Assembly: GCA_037481835.1 (NCBI GenBank)
Contig: JBBFKW010000013.1
Span: 64,001-128,000 of the forward strand
DNA from: Desulfosoma sp.
GTDB lineage: Bacteria; Desulfobacterota; Syntrophobacteria; Syntrophobacterales; DSM-9756
Direction of reading: 5' to 3'
DNA: 64,000 nucleotides
A model generated the notes under the pieces. That model worked only from the letters and a program-made list of their open reading frames with translations, had not been told where the DNA came from and made no database searches. This document shows, piece by piece, positions 1 through 9,943 of the stretch. A program made the translations under genes and the position numbers. Position 1 is the stretch's first letter, and every line of letters begins with the position of its first letter.

Positions 1-33
1 ATGATGACGGCTTCCTGCGTGTGCCCGACCTAG
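1..33 (+). CDS. 3' end of an upstream gene (partial), possibly the Fe-S partner (FlxB/AsrA-like) of the next gene
   Basis: Frame 1 reads MMTASCVCPT-TAG(31-33), just before the RBS of the next gene. Identity is inferred only from context. Confidence 0.35.
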   Translation: MMTASCVCPT

Positions 34-47
34 TGCGGAGGACTGAC

Positions 48-890
48 GTGAAGAACCCCTATCTGCCCTATCCTGTCAGGATCCAAGAGATCATCACCGA
101 AACCCAGGACCGCAATCTGAAGACGTTCAAGCTCGTCTTCCTCAATCCGGACGATGAGGCCGCTTTCGCCTACATGCCCGGCCAGTTCGCCGAACTTTCG
201 GTGGCCGGCCAGGGGGAAGTGCCCATCGGCATCGCCTCTTCCCCCACGGAAAAGGGCTTTCTCATGTTTACCGTCAACCGCGTGGGACGGGTGACGACGC
301 ATCTGCACAACATGAAGCCCGGGGACGTCATGGGGGTACGGGGCCCCTTGGGCAATTGGTATCCCTGGGAAGAAATGAAAGGGAAGAACGTGGTCATCAT
401 CGGCGGCGGATTCGCCTTCACGACCCTTCGCTCTTCCATCGTGTGGATGCTGGACCCCGCCCATCGCAAAGACTACGGGGACATCACCGTGGTCTACGGC
501 GCCCGAAACCCGGGCATGCTGCTCTACAAGGACGAACTGGTGGACTGGGAACAGCGCGACGACATCACCATGCACCTCACCGTGGATGCCACGGACGACC
601 CCCAATGGAAATACAACGTGGGGTTCGTGCCCGCCGTGACCAAGGAAAAGGCCCCCAGTGCGGAAAACGCCTACGCCATCGTGTGCGGCCCGCCCATCAT
701 GATCAAGTTCACCCTGCCCGTTTTGGCCGACTTGGGCTTCCCGCCCGAGCGGATCATCACGAGCCTGGAGATGCGCATGAAATGCGGGATCGGCATGTGC
801 GGCCGGTGCAACATCGGCACCGAATATGTCTGTAAGGACGGGCCCGTCTTTTCCATGGCCAAGCTGGCCACGCTGCCCAACGAGTACTAA
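48..890 (+). CDS. FAD/NAD(P)-binding oxidoreductase with C-terminal 2Fe-2S motif (FlxA/AsrB/PyrK family)
   Basis: PGQF, RGPLG, IGGG, CGPPIM and MKCGIGMCGRC...VCKDGPVF motifs. GGAGG upstream of GTG at 48. Confidence 0.9.
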   Translation: MKNPYLPYPVRIQEIITETQDRNLKTFKLVFLNPDDEAAFAYMPGQFAELSVAGQGEVPIGIASSPTEKGFLMFTVNRVGRVTTHLHNMKPGDVMGVRGPLGNWYPWEEMKGKNVVIIGGGFAFTTLRSSIVWMLDPAHRKDYGDITVVYGARNPGMLLYKDELVDWEQRDDITMHLTVDATDDPQWKYNVGFVPAVTKEKAPSAENAYAIVCGPPIMIKFTLPVLADLGFPPERIITSLEMRMKCGIGMCGRCNIGTEYVCKDGPVFSMAKLATLPNEY

Positions 891-994
891 CGGGGCGGGC
901 GATCATTTTGGGAAAAATTTCTTTTAACCGAGCCGGGGTTGTGTTACGTATAGACGGAATCGATCAAACGGGAACCGAGTCAGGGGAGAGAACT

Positions 995-2221
995 ATGGAG
1001 CCGTTGCTTTTGACCAAGAGGGAGAGGCGCAAGCTGGCGAGCCAGTATGCCGAGCTGTGCCTGACGTGCGGCACCTGTGCCGGCGGGTGTCCCGTCACGG
1101 GGGTGGACGGCCTGGATGTGCGCAAAGTGGTGCGTTTGGCCGTTTTGGGCTTGGACCAGGAGGTGGTGGATTCCAAATTCCCGTGGGTGTGCACGCTGTG
1201 CGGTCGGTGTGAGTATGCATGCCCCATGAACATCGATCTTTTGAAGCTGCTGCGTTCCGCCCGCAGCATGCGCGATCGGGACAAGGTGCCGGGGGTGCTC
1301 CACAAGGGCGTGGAAATGTGCCTCAAGACCGGCAACAACGTGGGGATCCCCGAAGAGGATTTCCGGTACCTGTTGGAAGATCTGGCCGCCGAACTGGCGG
1401 AAGAACTGCCCGGCTTCGAAGTGCCCATCGACAAGAAGGGCGCCAAGTACCTCTTTACCATCAACTCCAAGGAACCCTTCGCGGAACCGGAAGACATGAT
1501 GTTTTGGTGGCGCATCCTTTACGCCGCCAACGAATCCTGGACCGTGGCGTCCAAGAACTGGGAAGGCGTCAACTGGGGCCTGTTCACGGGGGACGATGCG
1601 GCCATGAAGGAAATCGTGGGGCGCATCGTGCAAAACTACAAGGAGCTCGAGTGCGAGTACCTTGTCTTACCCGAGTGAGGGCACGCCTATTATGCGACCA
1701 GGCTTGGTCTGCAAAATTGGTTTGCCGATGAAGGCGTCAAGTTCGTCAGCGTTCACGACCTCTTGAAGCAATACCTGGAAGAAGGCCGCATCAAGGTGGA
1801 CAAATCCATCCACCACGAACTGACCACGTACCATGACCCGTGCAATTACGCCCGCAAGAGCGAACGGGCGTTCGGGCACGGCTACTACGAGGAACCCCGC
1901 TGGGTGGTGCAGCAGTGCTGCGAACATTTCGTGGACATGTATCCCAACCGCGCCAACAACTACTGCTGCGGGGCCGGCGGCGGCGCCTGGGCATCCCCGT
2001 ACGTGGAGGAGCGCATCTTCTACGGCCGGGTGAAAGCCAAGCAGATCAAGGACACGGGCGCCAAGCTCCTCATCGCCCCGTGTCACAACTGCCGCGACCA
2101 GATCATGAAGAGCCTCCGCAAGGAATACGACTTCATGGACGTGGAAGTGAAGTACCTCTGGGAGCTCGTGGCGGATTCCCTAATCATCGAGCCCCGGGAG
2201 GAGGCGGAAGAGGAAGAATAG
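995..2221 (+). CDS. Selenocysteine-containing HdrD/DsrK-like (Fe-S)-binding CCG-domain protein
   Basis: ORFs 908-1678 and 1763-2221 are in the same frame, separated only by TGA 1676-1678. Read-through gives LPE-U-GHAYY, matching the ECGH motif. Also two CxxCxxCxxxCP motifs, YHDPC, CCGAGGG, PCHNC. RBS before ATG 995. Confidence 0.88.
1694..1712 (+). promoter_or_regulatory. Putative bacterial SECIS hairpin
   Basis: GC-GACCA-GGCT-TGGTC-T-GC stem-loop with G-containing loop, starting about 16 nt after the in-frame TGA. Confidence 0.7.
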
Positions 2222-2246
2222 ATCTTTTGCCGTCCTTGAGCCGATG

Positions 2247-2287
2247 AAGCCTCGGAAACGCCTTGCGCTTTCCGGGGCTTTTTTTTT
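2247..2287 (+). terminator. Rho-independent terminator
   Basis: AAGCCTCGGAAA...TTTCCGGGGCTT stem followed by a T run, just after the selenoprotein stop. Confidence 0.8.
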
Positions 2288-2403
2288 GCCTTCGGCTTCT
2301 TTACAATGGCTATCACGAGGAGGCGGCGCCCCCGGGCTGGGGTGGCCGGCCGCAAAGGAGGAATGGGAAAGCCGGCCCTCGGGGTCGAAACGGGAGATGC
2401 AGG

Positions 2404-3696
2404 ATGGGGAAGAAAAAGAAAAGCACGGGAGAAAGGGGACCGATCCTTTCGGAAAATGAACGGGCGGAACTGTCTTTTTTCATGGACCGCCTCCGCATGC
2501 AGGATCCTCGTGGGCCCAGCCTGGAAAATTGCCTCAAGAGCCTCAAGCAGGCCTTGTCCCGTCGGGAGGTCCTGGCGGCGGCCTTGTTGGAGGCTTTGAG
2601 CCGGGAAGGCGGCGAAGTGTGCTTTCGCGCCTTCTGCGAACTCCAGGGGATTGTTCGGGACAAGCGGCTGGAAAAAATCGTACGCCAGGCGGCTTTCCGA
2701 TTCCGCCAAAAAGGCTTCGACGTGCCGCGCGGGTCGGCTCCCACCCCTGAAGCCTCCACGGTCTCCCTCATCAAAGCGGAATCCGTCAAGAACGAATGCC
2801 TTATGGCGGCGAGCCCCATCCACCACGCTTTTCAATACGCCGCCTACGTCTATTCAAAGCCTAGCGCGGCCTACGGGATGGTCGTTGTTTTCGTTGGGCC
2901 AGCCTTCCAGTGCGAGGGGCTGGCTCTGCTTCACGAATCGCGGCGAACCTTCAGGGATCTTGTCAGAAAAGGCGCCGAAAAGCTCGAAAGTCGCGTGCAG
3001 GAAATCCCCTTGGGACATTTGACGAGAGTCGTCCATGACTTGGCGGCGTTGGGCCGAATCCCGCCGGACCATGCCTCGGACCTCAAAGGGGTGCAAAAGC
3101 TGTTGCACGAGCACTGCCTGGGCGATCCCCGGCCTTATTTTTTGCAGCTCTGGGAACAGAAAGGCCGAGGGCCTCTGCGGGAAATCGATGAGGACGCATT
3201 GATCCGGTTCCTTGCGGATCACCCGTCGGTGATCCCGACACATGCCGACATTCCAAGGACGACGGCGCTCCAGGCAGCCGTAAAGGAGCTGGAAGGACTC
3301 CGAGGCGGGGTTCTCGAAGTTCCGGAACACATCCAGCGCGAAAGGGAGCGGGATCGCGTCAAGGACATCACCGGGCGCCTCATGTCCCGGGAAATCTGCC
3401 GGCTTCTCGGCAGGCATTGGGAAGAATACGCCCTGTGGCTGCTTCTGGATGAGAATTTTTCCATGGCGGAAACGGTCTATCGGCTGGCGGAGCATGTGAG
3501 CGCCGTGACAGAGCCCGGCACCAGCCGCCTCATGGCCCGGTATGTGGAACTCCTCCTGTTGCTCCGATTTGAATTCCTCGCTGCAGACCTTGAAGACCAG
3601 CTGGAGGAGTTTGTGAAGGATGAGATCGACGACGAGGACTCGCAAGGATGGAAGACGCCGTCGGGCCTCTATATCCCTGGTGGTCTCATCAAGTAG
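2404..3696 (+). CDS. Hypothetical protein (about 430 aa)
   Basis: Long ORF with protein-like composition. Start MGKKKKS chosen after AGG. Ends GWKTPSGLYIPGGLIK, 9 nt before yjbQ. Confidence 0.7.
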   Translation: MGKKKKSTGERGPILSENERAELSFFMDRLRMQDPRGPSLENCLKSLKQALSRREVLAAALLEALSREGGEVCFRAFCELQGIVRDKRLEKIVRQAAFRFRQKGFDVPRGSAPTPEASTVSLIKAESVKNECLMAASPIHHAFQYAAYVYSKPSAAYGMVVVFVGPAFQCEGLALLHESRRTFRDLVRKGAEKLESRVQEIPLGHLTRVVHDLAALGRIPPDHASDLKGVQKLLHEHCLGDPRPYFLQLWEQKGRGPLREIDEDALIRFLADHPSVIPTHADIPRTTALQAAVKELEGLRGGVLEVPEHIQRERERDRVKDITGRLMSREICRLLGRHWEEYALWLLLDENFSMAETVYRLAEHVSAVTEPGTSRLMARYVELLLLLRFEFLAADLEDQLEEFVKDEIDDEDSQGWKTPSGLYIPGGLIK

Positions 3697-3705
3697 GGGG
3701 GAACC

Positions 3706-4116
3706 ATGAAGGTGATGACGTTTCACGTGAAGACGGCCGCCCGAAGCGACGCCGTGGACATCACGGCATCTGTCGCTGAAAAGGTGCGGGAAAGCGGGAT
3801 CCGGGACGGCATGTGCCTGGTCTATGTGCCTCACACCACGGCCGCAGTGACCATCAACGAAGGGGCCGATCCCGCCGTTATGGACGATGTGCTGCGCGCC
3901 CTGGACCGCCTGGTTCCATGGCAAGCCGACTATCGGCACTCGGAAGGCAATGCGGCGGCCCACATCAAGACGACCCTGACGGGCTCTTCCGTGTCGGTCC
4001 TCGTGGAAAGCGGGCGGCTCCTCCTGGGCACCTGGCAGCGCATCTTCCTGTGCGACTTCGACGGTCCGAGAACGCGCAAGGTCCACGTGAGCGTTCTGAG
4101 CGCTGGTTCCGCCTAA
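3706..4116 (+). CDS. yjbQ: YjbQ/UPF0047 family protein
   Basis: PHTTAAVTINE, YRHSEGNAAAHIK, LGTWQRIFLCDFDGPR motifs. Confidence 0.93.
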   Translation: MKVMTFHVKTAARSDAVDITASVAEKVRESGIRDGMCLVYVPHTTAAVTINEGADPAVMDDVLRALDRLVPWQADYRHSEGNAAAHIKTTLTGSSVSVLVESGRLLLGTWQRIFLCDFDGPRTRKVHVSVLSAGSA

Positions 4117-4132
4117 CCCTCGGACCCACGAC

Positions 4133-4250
4133 AACCCTAAGCGTCGGTTGCGGTGAGCGCGGTAGAAGCCTTTGGGCCGCTTCCAAGGCGCTGGCACAGC
4201 CCGCATAACCCTAAGTGTCGGTTGGGGTGAGCGCAGCGAACCCCAACAAC
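4133..4250 (+). repeat. REP-like element with a partial direct duplication
   Basis: GTCGGTTGGGGTGAGCGCAGCGAACCCCAAC starts at 4217. AACCCTAAGYGTCGGTTGSGGTGAGCGC occurs at 4133-4160 and 4207-4234. Confidence 0.75.
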
Positions 4251-4369
4251 GCCGAAACGAGGGCCCCCCTGGACATGAGGGCAGGAAATCCCGGTTCCTC
4301 CTGTGTTTCCCAAGCCATGATCCCGGCGGGCCCATCCCCATTTCCGGCACACAGACCAAAGGAGATTCC

Positions 4370-6484
4370 ATGGAACGATTGGAAGCCATCTTTTCCCCGG
4401 CATCGGTGGCCGTCGTCGGGGCCTCGACCGTACCCGGCAAGGTCGGGCACGATCTTTTCGCCAACATTTTGCGCGGCGGATACACGGGAACCCTTTTTCC
4501 CGTCAACCCCAAGGCCCGGTCGGTGCTGAGCGTCAAGGCCTACCCGAGCCTCATGGACATTCCCGATCCCGTGGACCTGGCGATCCTCGTCGTGCCACCG
4601 CACACGGCCTTGAACGTCGTGGACGAAGCCGCCCGAAAGGGCGTCAAAGGCATCGTCGTCGTCTCCGCGGGGTTTCGGGAAGTGGGCCCGGAAGGGCGGG
4701 CCATGGAGGAAGCCATCACGGCGCGCTGCCGTGAAGCGGGCATCCGCCTCGTGGGCCCCAACTGCCTGGGGGTCATCAACCCTCATCCTTCGGTGCGCAT
4801 GAACGCCAGCTTTTCCAACCGGATGCCGGCTTTCGGCCATATCTCCTTCATCTCTCAAAGCGGGGCCTTGTGCACGTCCGTCTTGGACTTTGCGGCGGAA
4901 AGGGACTTCGGGTTTTCCAAGTTCATTTCCATCGGCAACAAAGCCGATGTGGACGAACTGGACCTGCTGCGGTACCTGCACCAGGACGAAGACACGCAGG
5001 TGATCATGATCTACCTGGAGGAGCTGCGGCGCGGGCCGGAATTCATCCAGGAGGTCAAGGGCATCACTTCCGGGGATCGTCCCACGCCCGTTCTGGTCAT
5101 CAAGTCCGGGCGGACTGTTGCCGGAGCGCGCGCCGCCGCGTCCCACACGGGATCCTTGGCCGGGTCCGAAGCCGTCTACGACGCCATTTTCAAACAGGCG
5201 GGGATGATCCGCGTGGATTCCATTGAAGAGCTTTTCAATTTCGCCGGGGCCTTTGCCGGGAAAAAGACGCCCCCGGGAAACAAGGTGGCTATTGTCACCA
5301 ACGCGGGCGGACCGGGCATTGTGGCGACGGACATGACCGTTTCCTCGGGGCTGGAATTGGCCCGGTTTCATGACGAGACCGTGGAGGCGCTCCAAAGCCA
5401 TCTTCCGGCGACGGCCAACATCCACAACCCGGTGGACGTCATCGGGGACGCCACCCAGGAACGCTATGAGAAGGCCTTGGAGTCCGTTATCAAAGACGAA
5501 AACGTGGACGGGGCCCTGGTCATCCTCACGCCCCAATCCATGACCAACGCCCTGGAAACCGCCAAGGCCATCGTGAAGATCGACCAGAAAACCCCAAAGC
5601 CGATCCTATGCTGTTTCATGGGGATCTTCGACGTCTCCGCGGGGGTGAAGGTCCTCCAGGAAAACCGCATCCCCGTATACCGTTTCCCCGAACAGGCGGC
5701 GAAGGCTTTCGGGGCGCTCTACCGCTACTCCAGCTGGCTCAACCGGCAGAAGCTCGCGCAATTTTCCCTGGAACACGACACCGCTCGGGCTCGAGACATC
5801 ATCCACGTCGCCTTGGACCAGGGCCGCACGTGCCTCACCGAATGGGAAGGCGCCGAGCTGCTGCGCTGTTACGGTTTTCAAACCCTGCCGTCCTTTATCG
5901 CCAAAACGCGGGAAGAAGCCGTGGAATACGCCGCAAGCCTCACCTTTCCCGTGGCGCTCAAGGTCGTCTCCCCGCAAATCCTTCACAAGACCGAGGCCAA
6001 GGCCGTGCGACTCCACGTGGCTTCACCCGAAGAGGCGGCAGCGGCTTTCGATGACATCGTGGCCTGCGCCAAGGCTTACGATCCCAAGGCGGAGATCGTC
6101 GGGGTGTTGGTGCAGAAGATGGCGGCGCCAGGCGAGGAGGTCATCCTGGGCATGACGCGCTATCCCGTCTTCGGGCCTTTGCTCATGTTCGGCCTCGGGG
6201 GGATCTTCGTGGAAGTCTTCAAGGATGTGGACTTCCGCGTGGCGCCCATCGGGCGCAACGAAGCCCGGCGGATGATTCGAGGGATTCGAGGCTATGAGCT
6301 CCTCAAAGGGGTGCGCGGCCGCCCCGAAACGGACACGGCAGCCCTGGAGCGCTCTTTGGTGTGCCTTTCCGATCTCGTGCTGAACCATCCGGAGATCAAG
6401 GAGCTGGACATGAACCCGGTGCTGGTGCACGAGAAGGGAAAGGGAGCAACCGTGGCCGACGTCCGGGTGATTCTCGAACCGTAG
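4370..6484 (+). CDS. ADP-forming acetate/acyl-CoA ligase (fused alpha-beta, CoA-binding + ATP-grasp)
   Basis: VAVVGAS, GPNCLG, SQSGAL, SHTGSLAG, NPVDVIGDA, HKTE, ELDMNPV. GGAG RBS before ATG 4370. Confidence 0.92.
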   Translation: MERLEAIFSPASVAVVGASTVPGKVGHDLFANILRGGYTGTLFPVNPKARSVLSVKAYPSLMDIPDPVDLAILVVPPHTALNVVDEAARKGVKGIVVVSAGFREVGPEGRAMEEAITARCREAGIRLVGPNCLGVINPHPSVRMNASFSNRMPAFGHISFISQSGALCTSVLDFAAERDFGFSKFISIGNKADVDELDLLRYLHQDEDTQVIMIYLEELRRGPEFIQEVKGITSGDRPTPVLVIKSGRTVAGARAAASHTGSLAGSEAVYDAIFKQAGMIRVDSIEELFNFAGAFAGKKTPPGNKVAIVTNAGGPGIVATDMTVSSGLELARFHDETVEALQSHLPATANIHNPVDVIGDATQERYEKALESVIKDENVDGALVILTPQSMTNALETAKAIVKIDQKTPKPILCCFMGIFDVSAGVKVLQENRIPVYRFPEQAAKAFGALYRYSSWLNRQKLAQFSLEHDTARARDIIHVALDQGRTCLTEWEGAELLRCYGFQTLPSFIAKTREEAVEYAASLTFPVALKVVSPQILHKTEAKAVRLHVASPEEAAAAFDDIVACAKAYDPKAEIVGVLVQKMAAPGEEVILGMTRYPVFGPLLMFGLGGIFVEVFKDVDFRVAPIGRNEARRMIRGIRGYELLKGVRGRPETDTAALERSLVCLSDLVLNHPEIKELDMNPVLVHEKGKGATVADVRVILEP

Positions 6485-6512
6485 AAGACGCCGGGAAAAA
6501 AAGGGGCGCCGG

Positions 6513-6541
6513 TTGACGATCTTCGGGAGCGCGCTTAAAGT
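6513..6541 (+). promoter_or_regulatory. Putative sigma70 promoter upstream of tpx
   Basis: TTGACG-N17-TAAAGT. Confidence 0.55.
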
Positions 6542-6627
6542 TACAGGCAAAGTTCAGGCGTTCGAAACGGGTGTGGACGAACCGGCAAGGCTTTTCGCGC
6601 ATCGTGACCCTCTAAAGGAGAGTGCCC

Positions 6628-7137
6628 ATGGCAGAAAGACCCGGCGCTGTGACCATGAAAGGCTCGCCCCTGACCCTCGTGGGATCGGAAGTGTCCGTAG
6701 GGGACAAAGCCCCCGACTTCCTGGCCCTGAATAACGACCTGCAACCCGTCCGACTGTCTCAATTCGCAGGAAAAACCGTCATCCTCTCCTCCGTGCCGTC
6801 CCTGGACACCCCGGTGTGCGATATGGAAACCCGGCGGTTCAACCAGGAAGCGGAAAAGCTCGGAGACGACGTGGTCGTGCTCACCATCAGCATGGATCTC
6901 CCTTTCGCCCAGAAACGATGGTGTGGGGCGGCGGGAGTGACGCGCGTGATGACCCTGTCGGATCATCGCGACGCATCCTTCGGGCAGGCCTACGGCGTGC
7001 TCATCAAAGAACTGCGCCTTTTGGCCCGCGCCGTCTTTGTGGTCGGCAAGGACGGTGTGATCAAACACGCCCAGCTCGTCAAGGAAATCACCGAGGAACC
7101 CGATTACGCGGCGGTCCTGAACGCCGTGAAGGGCTAA
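6628..7137 (+). CDS. tpx: Thiol peroxidase Tpx
   Basis: SVPSLDTPVC, SMDLPFAQKRWC, EPDY motifs. Confidence 0.95.
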   Translation: MAERPGAVTMKGSPLTLVGSEVSVGDKAPDFLALNNDLQPVRLSQFAGKTVILSSVPSLDTPVCDMETRRFNQEAEKLGDDVVVLTISMDLPFAQKRWCGAAGVTRVMTLSDHRDASFGQAYGVLIKELRLLARAVFVVGKDGVIKHAQLVKEITEEPDYAAVLNAVKG

Positions 7138-7409
7138 GCCCATCGATCCGGCGTCTCGGCTCCCTCGGATGGAAACACCCGAAGGGCCGCGGGGACGCAC
7201 GAGTTGCCGTGGGCGCGAAAATTTTTTCGAAGGATCCGCTTCGGCCGCCGATCGAAAGTCCGAGGTCGTGGCCTTTCGCGGATCGGGCAGAAGCGTTTCC
7301 CATATAGGGGCGGGCGTCGGGCCCGCCCGGCTGAGAGCCGCGGCCTGGGAATGGCGAAGGCTGCGGGGGTGATGACCATGAAAGTCAGAACGAATGGAGG
7401 TGCCTGGAC

Positions 7410-7784
7410 ATGGCGGAAAGACGGGAAGTTTACAAGTGTGATCTGTGCGGCAACATCGTGGAAGTGTTGTGGGGCGGTAAAGGGGAGCTGGTGTGCTGCG
7501 GCCAGCCCATGAAGCTCCAGAAAGAAGGCGTGGTGGACGCCGCCAAGGAAAAGCATGTGCCGGTGGTGGAAAAGACCGCCGACGGGTACAAGGTGAAAGT
7601 GGGCAGCGTCGCTCATCCCATGGAAGAAAAGCACTATATCCAGTGGATCGAGCTCGTGGCCGACGACATTTCCTACTTCCATTTCCTGAAGCCCGGCGAG
7701 GCGCCGGAGGCGACCTTCTGCGTCAAGGCGGAGAACGTCTACGCGCGTGAATACTGCAACCTCCATGGTTTGTGGAAGGGGTAA
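7410..7784 (+). CDS. dfx: Desulfoferrodoxin (superoxide reductase)
   Basis: YKCDLCGN...CCG desulforedoxin domain; EKHVP, HPM, HYIQWI, CNLHGLW. Confidence 0.96.
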   Translation: MAERREVYKCDLCGNIVEVLWGGKGELVCCGQPMKLQKEGVVDAAKEKHVPVVEKTADGYKVKVGSVAHPMEEKHYIQWIELVADDISYFHFLKPGEAPEATFCVKAENVYAREYCNLHGLWKG

Positions 7785-7790
7785 GTCTCC

Positions 7791-8323
<533 letters not shown>

Positions 8324-8324
<1 letters not shown>

Positions 8325-8367
8325 AAAAGCGGAGGGCACTTCCCGCTTTGGGGGGTGCCCCTTTTTT
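8324..8367 (+). terminator. Rho-independent terminator (possibly bidirectional)
   Basis: GGGCACTTCCC/GGGGGGTGCCC stem flanked by an A run and T6. Confidence 0.7.
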
Positions 8368-8391
8368 GCGGACGCACAAGGAGAAAAAGTC

Positions 8392-8937
8392 ATGGCATCG
8401 GCGGGTGAGGCCCTTGCGGATCTTTTCTGCAAGGCTTTGGAAGTGAAGGAAAAGAAGGAAAAGCTCTACGAAGAGGCCATGGCGTCCTGTTCGGATGCCG
8501 TCGGACGGGAGACGTTCCGGATCCTTTACGAAGCGGAAAAAGAGCACGAAAAGGCCCTCTTTGAGATGCAGGAAGCCCTGAAGGCGGGAAAGGACTGGGT
8601 CGAGGTGTGCCGCTATGCGCCGCCGGAGGAGGACCTGTCCGCCCGCTTGGCCCAGAGGGTTTCCGTGGACAAGGACAAGCTCCCCGAGGCCTGTACGGAC
8701 GAGATCAAGGCCTTGGAAATGGGCATCCAGTTGGAAGAGGTTTCCATCCGGTTGTTTGAAGAAAAGGCTCGGGAGACGACCGATCCGTCCCAGAAGGCCT
8801 TTCTCAGCCGCCTTTCGGCGGAAGAGCGGGAACATCGGCGCCTTTTGCAGGATTTGAAATTCTACTACACCGACCCCCAGGGGTGGTTCATGGAAAAGAG
8901 CCGCGCGCGCCTCGACGGGGCGGGAGCCGTGACCTAA
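8392..8937 (+). CDS. Rubrerythrin/ferritin-like diiron protein
   Basis: Two ExxH helices (EKEH, EREH); C-terminal YYTDPQGWF. Confidence 0.8.
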   Translation: MASAGEALADLFCKALEVKEKKEKLYEEAMASCSDAVGRETFRILYEAEKEHEKALFEMQEALKAGKDWVEVCRYAPPEEDLSARLAQRVSVDKDKLPEACTDEIKALEMGIQLEEVSIRLFEEKARETTDPSQKAFLSRLSAEEREHRRLLQDLKFYYTDPQGWFMEKSRARLDGAGAVT

Positions 8938-9108
8938 ACGTTCTTCATTCCAGGAGCGGCCTTGGCCCAGGTTTTTTCGGCTGTCATGTCCTTTGGGGAT
9001 GAGCTTGCCCATGAAAACGGCCGGCACGCGGGCTGATTGGGACAGAGCCCTTAGAGAGCACGGTTTCTTTCGGGGGCGCCATGAAAAGCGCCGTGGAATG
9101 AGACCCCC

Positions 9109-9927
9109 GTGGTGACGCTTTGGGACACTTTTCTTTCGTGGCCTCCGGTGGCCCAAGCGCTCGCGGCGACGCTCTTTACCTGGTTGACGACGGCTTTCGG
9201 GGCGTCGGCGGTCTTCTGGCGCCGGACTTTTCCCCAGGCTTTTTTGGATGCCATGCTGGGCTTTGCGGCGGGGGTCATGATCGCCGCGAGCTACTGGTCG
9301 CTCTTGGAGCCGGCCTTAAAACTTTCGGAAGGGACGGCCCTGCCGTGGATGCCGGCGGCGGTGGGATTTCTCGCCGGCGGCCTTTTCCTTCGGGCTCTCG
9401 ACGCGGTGCTTCCCCACCTCCATGTGGGTTTCCGGGCCGAGGAAGCGGAAGGCCTTCCCACGCGATGGCGCCGCAGCGTCCTTTTGGTTTTGGCCGTAAC
9501 CCTGCATAACATTCCGGAAGGCTTGGCCGTGGGAGTCGCCTTCGGGGCGGTTTCCTCGGGGATTCGGGAGGCGGCCCTTTCCGGGGCTCTGGCTTTGGCT
9601 TTGGGCATCGGGCTTCAGAACCTTCCCGAAGGCCTTGCGGTCTCGGTCCCCCTTCGCCGGGAGGGGTTGGGGCCGTTCAAAAGTTTCTGGTACGGACAGC
9701 TTTCGGGCGCCGTGGAACCCCTGGCGGCGGTTGTCGGGGCCTCTTTGGCCGCTTCGTCCTTGGCCCTGCTTCCTTATGCCTTGAGTTTCGCCGCCGGGGC
9801 CATGATCTTCGTCGTCGTGGAGGAAGTGATTCCGGAAGCGCAGCGCAGCGGCCATGCGGATCTGGTCACCATGGCCTGCCTTGTGGGTTTTGTTGGCATG
9901 ATGGTCTTGGATGTGGCCTTGGGATAA
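9109..9927 (+). CDS. ZIP family metal transporter (GufA/ZupT-like)
   Basis: [27 protein letters not shown]; multiple hydrophobic helices. Confidence 0.92.
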   Translation: MVTLWDTFLSWPPVAQALAATLFTWLTTAFGASAVFWRRTFPQAFLDAMLGFAAGVMIAASYWSLLEPALKLSEGTALPWMPAAVGFLAGGLFLRALDAVLPHLHVGFRAEEAEGLPTRWRRSVLLVLAVTLHNIPEGLAVGVAFGAVSSGIREAALSGALALALGIGLQNLPEGLAVSVPLRREGLGPFKSFWYGQLSGAVEPLAAVVGASLAASSLALLPYALSFAAGAMIFVVVEEVIPEAQRSGHADLVTMACLVGFVGMMVLDVALG

Positions 9928-9943
9928 GGAGGGAGGACAACCG

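Noticed and set aside
908..1678. Nonsense-mutated pseudogene of the Fe-S protein
   Set aside because: The TGA falls at a conserved Cys position and is followed by a SECIS-like hairpin, so Sec recoding is the better explanation.
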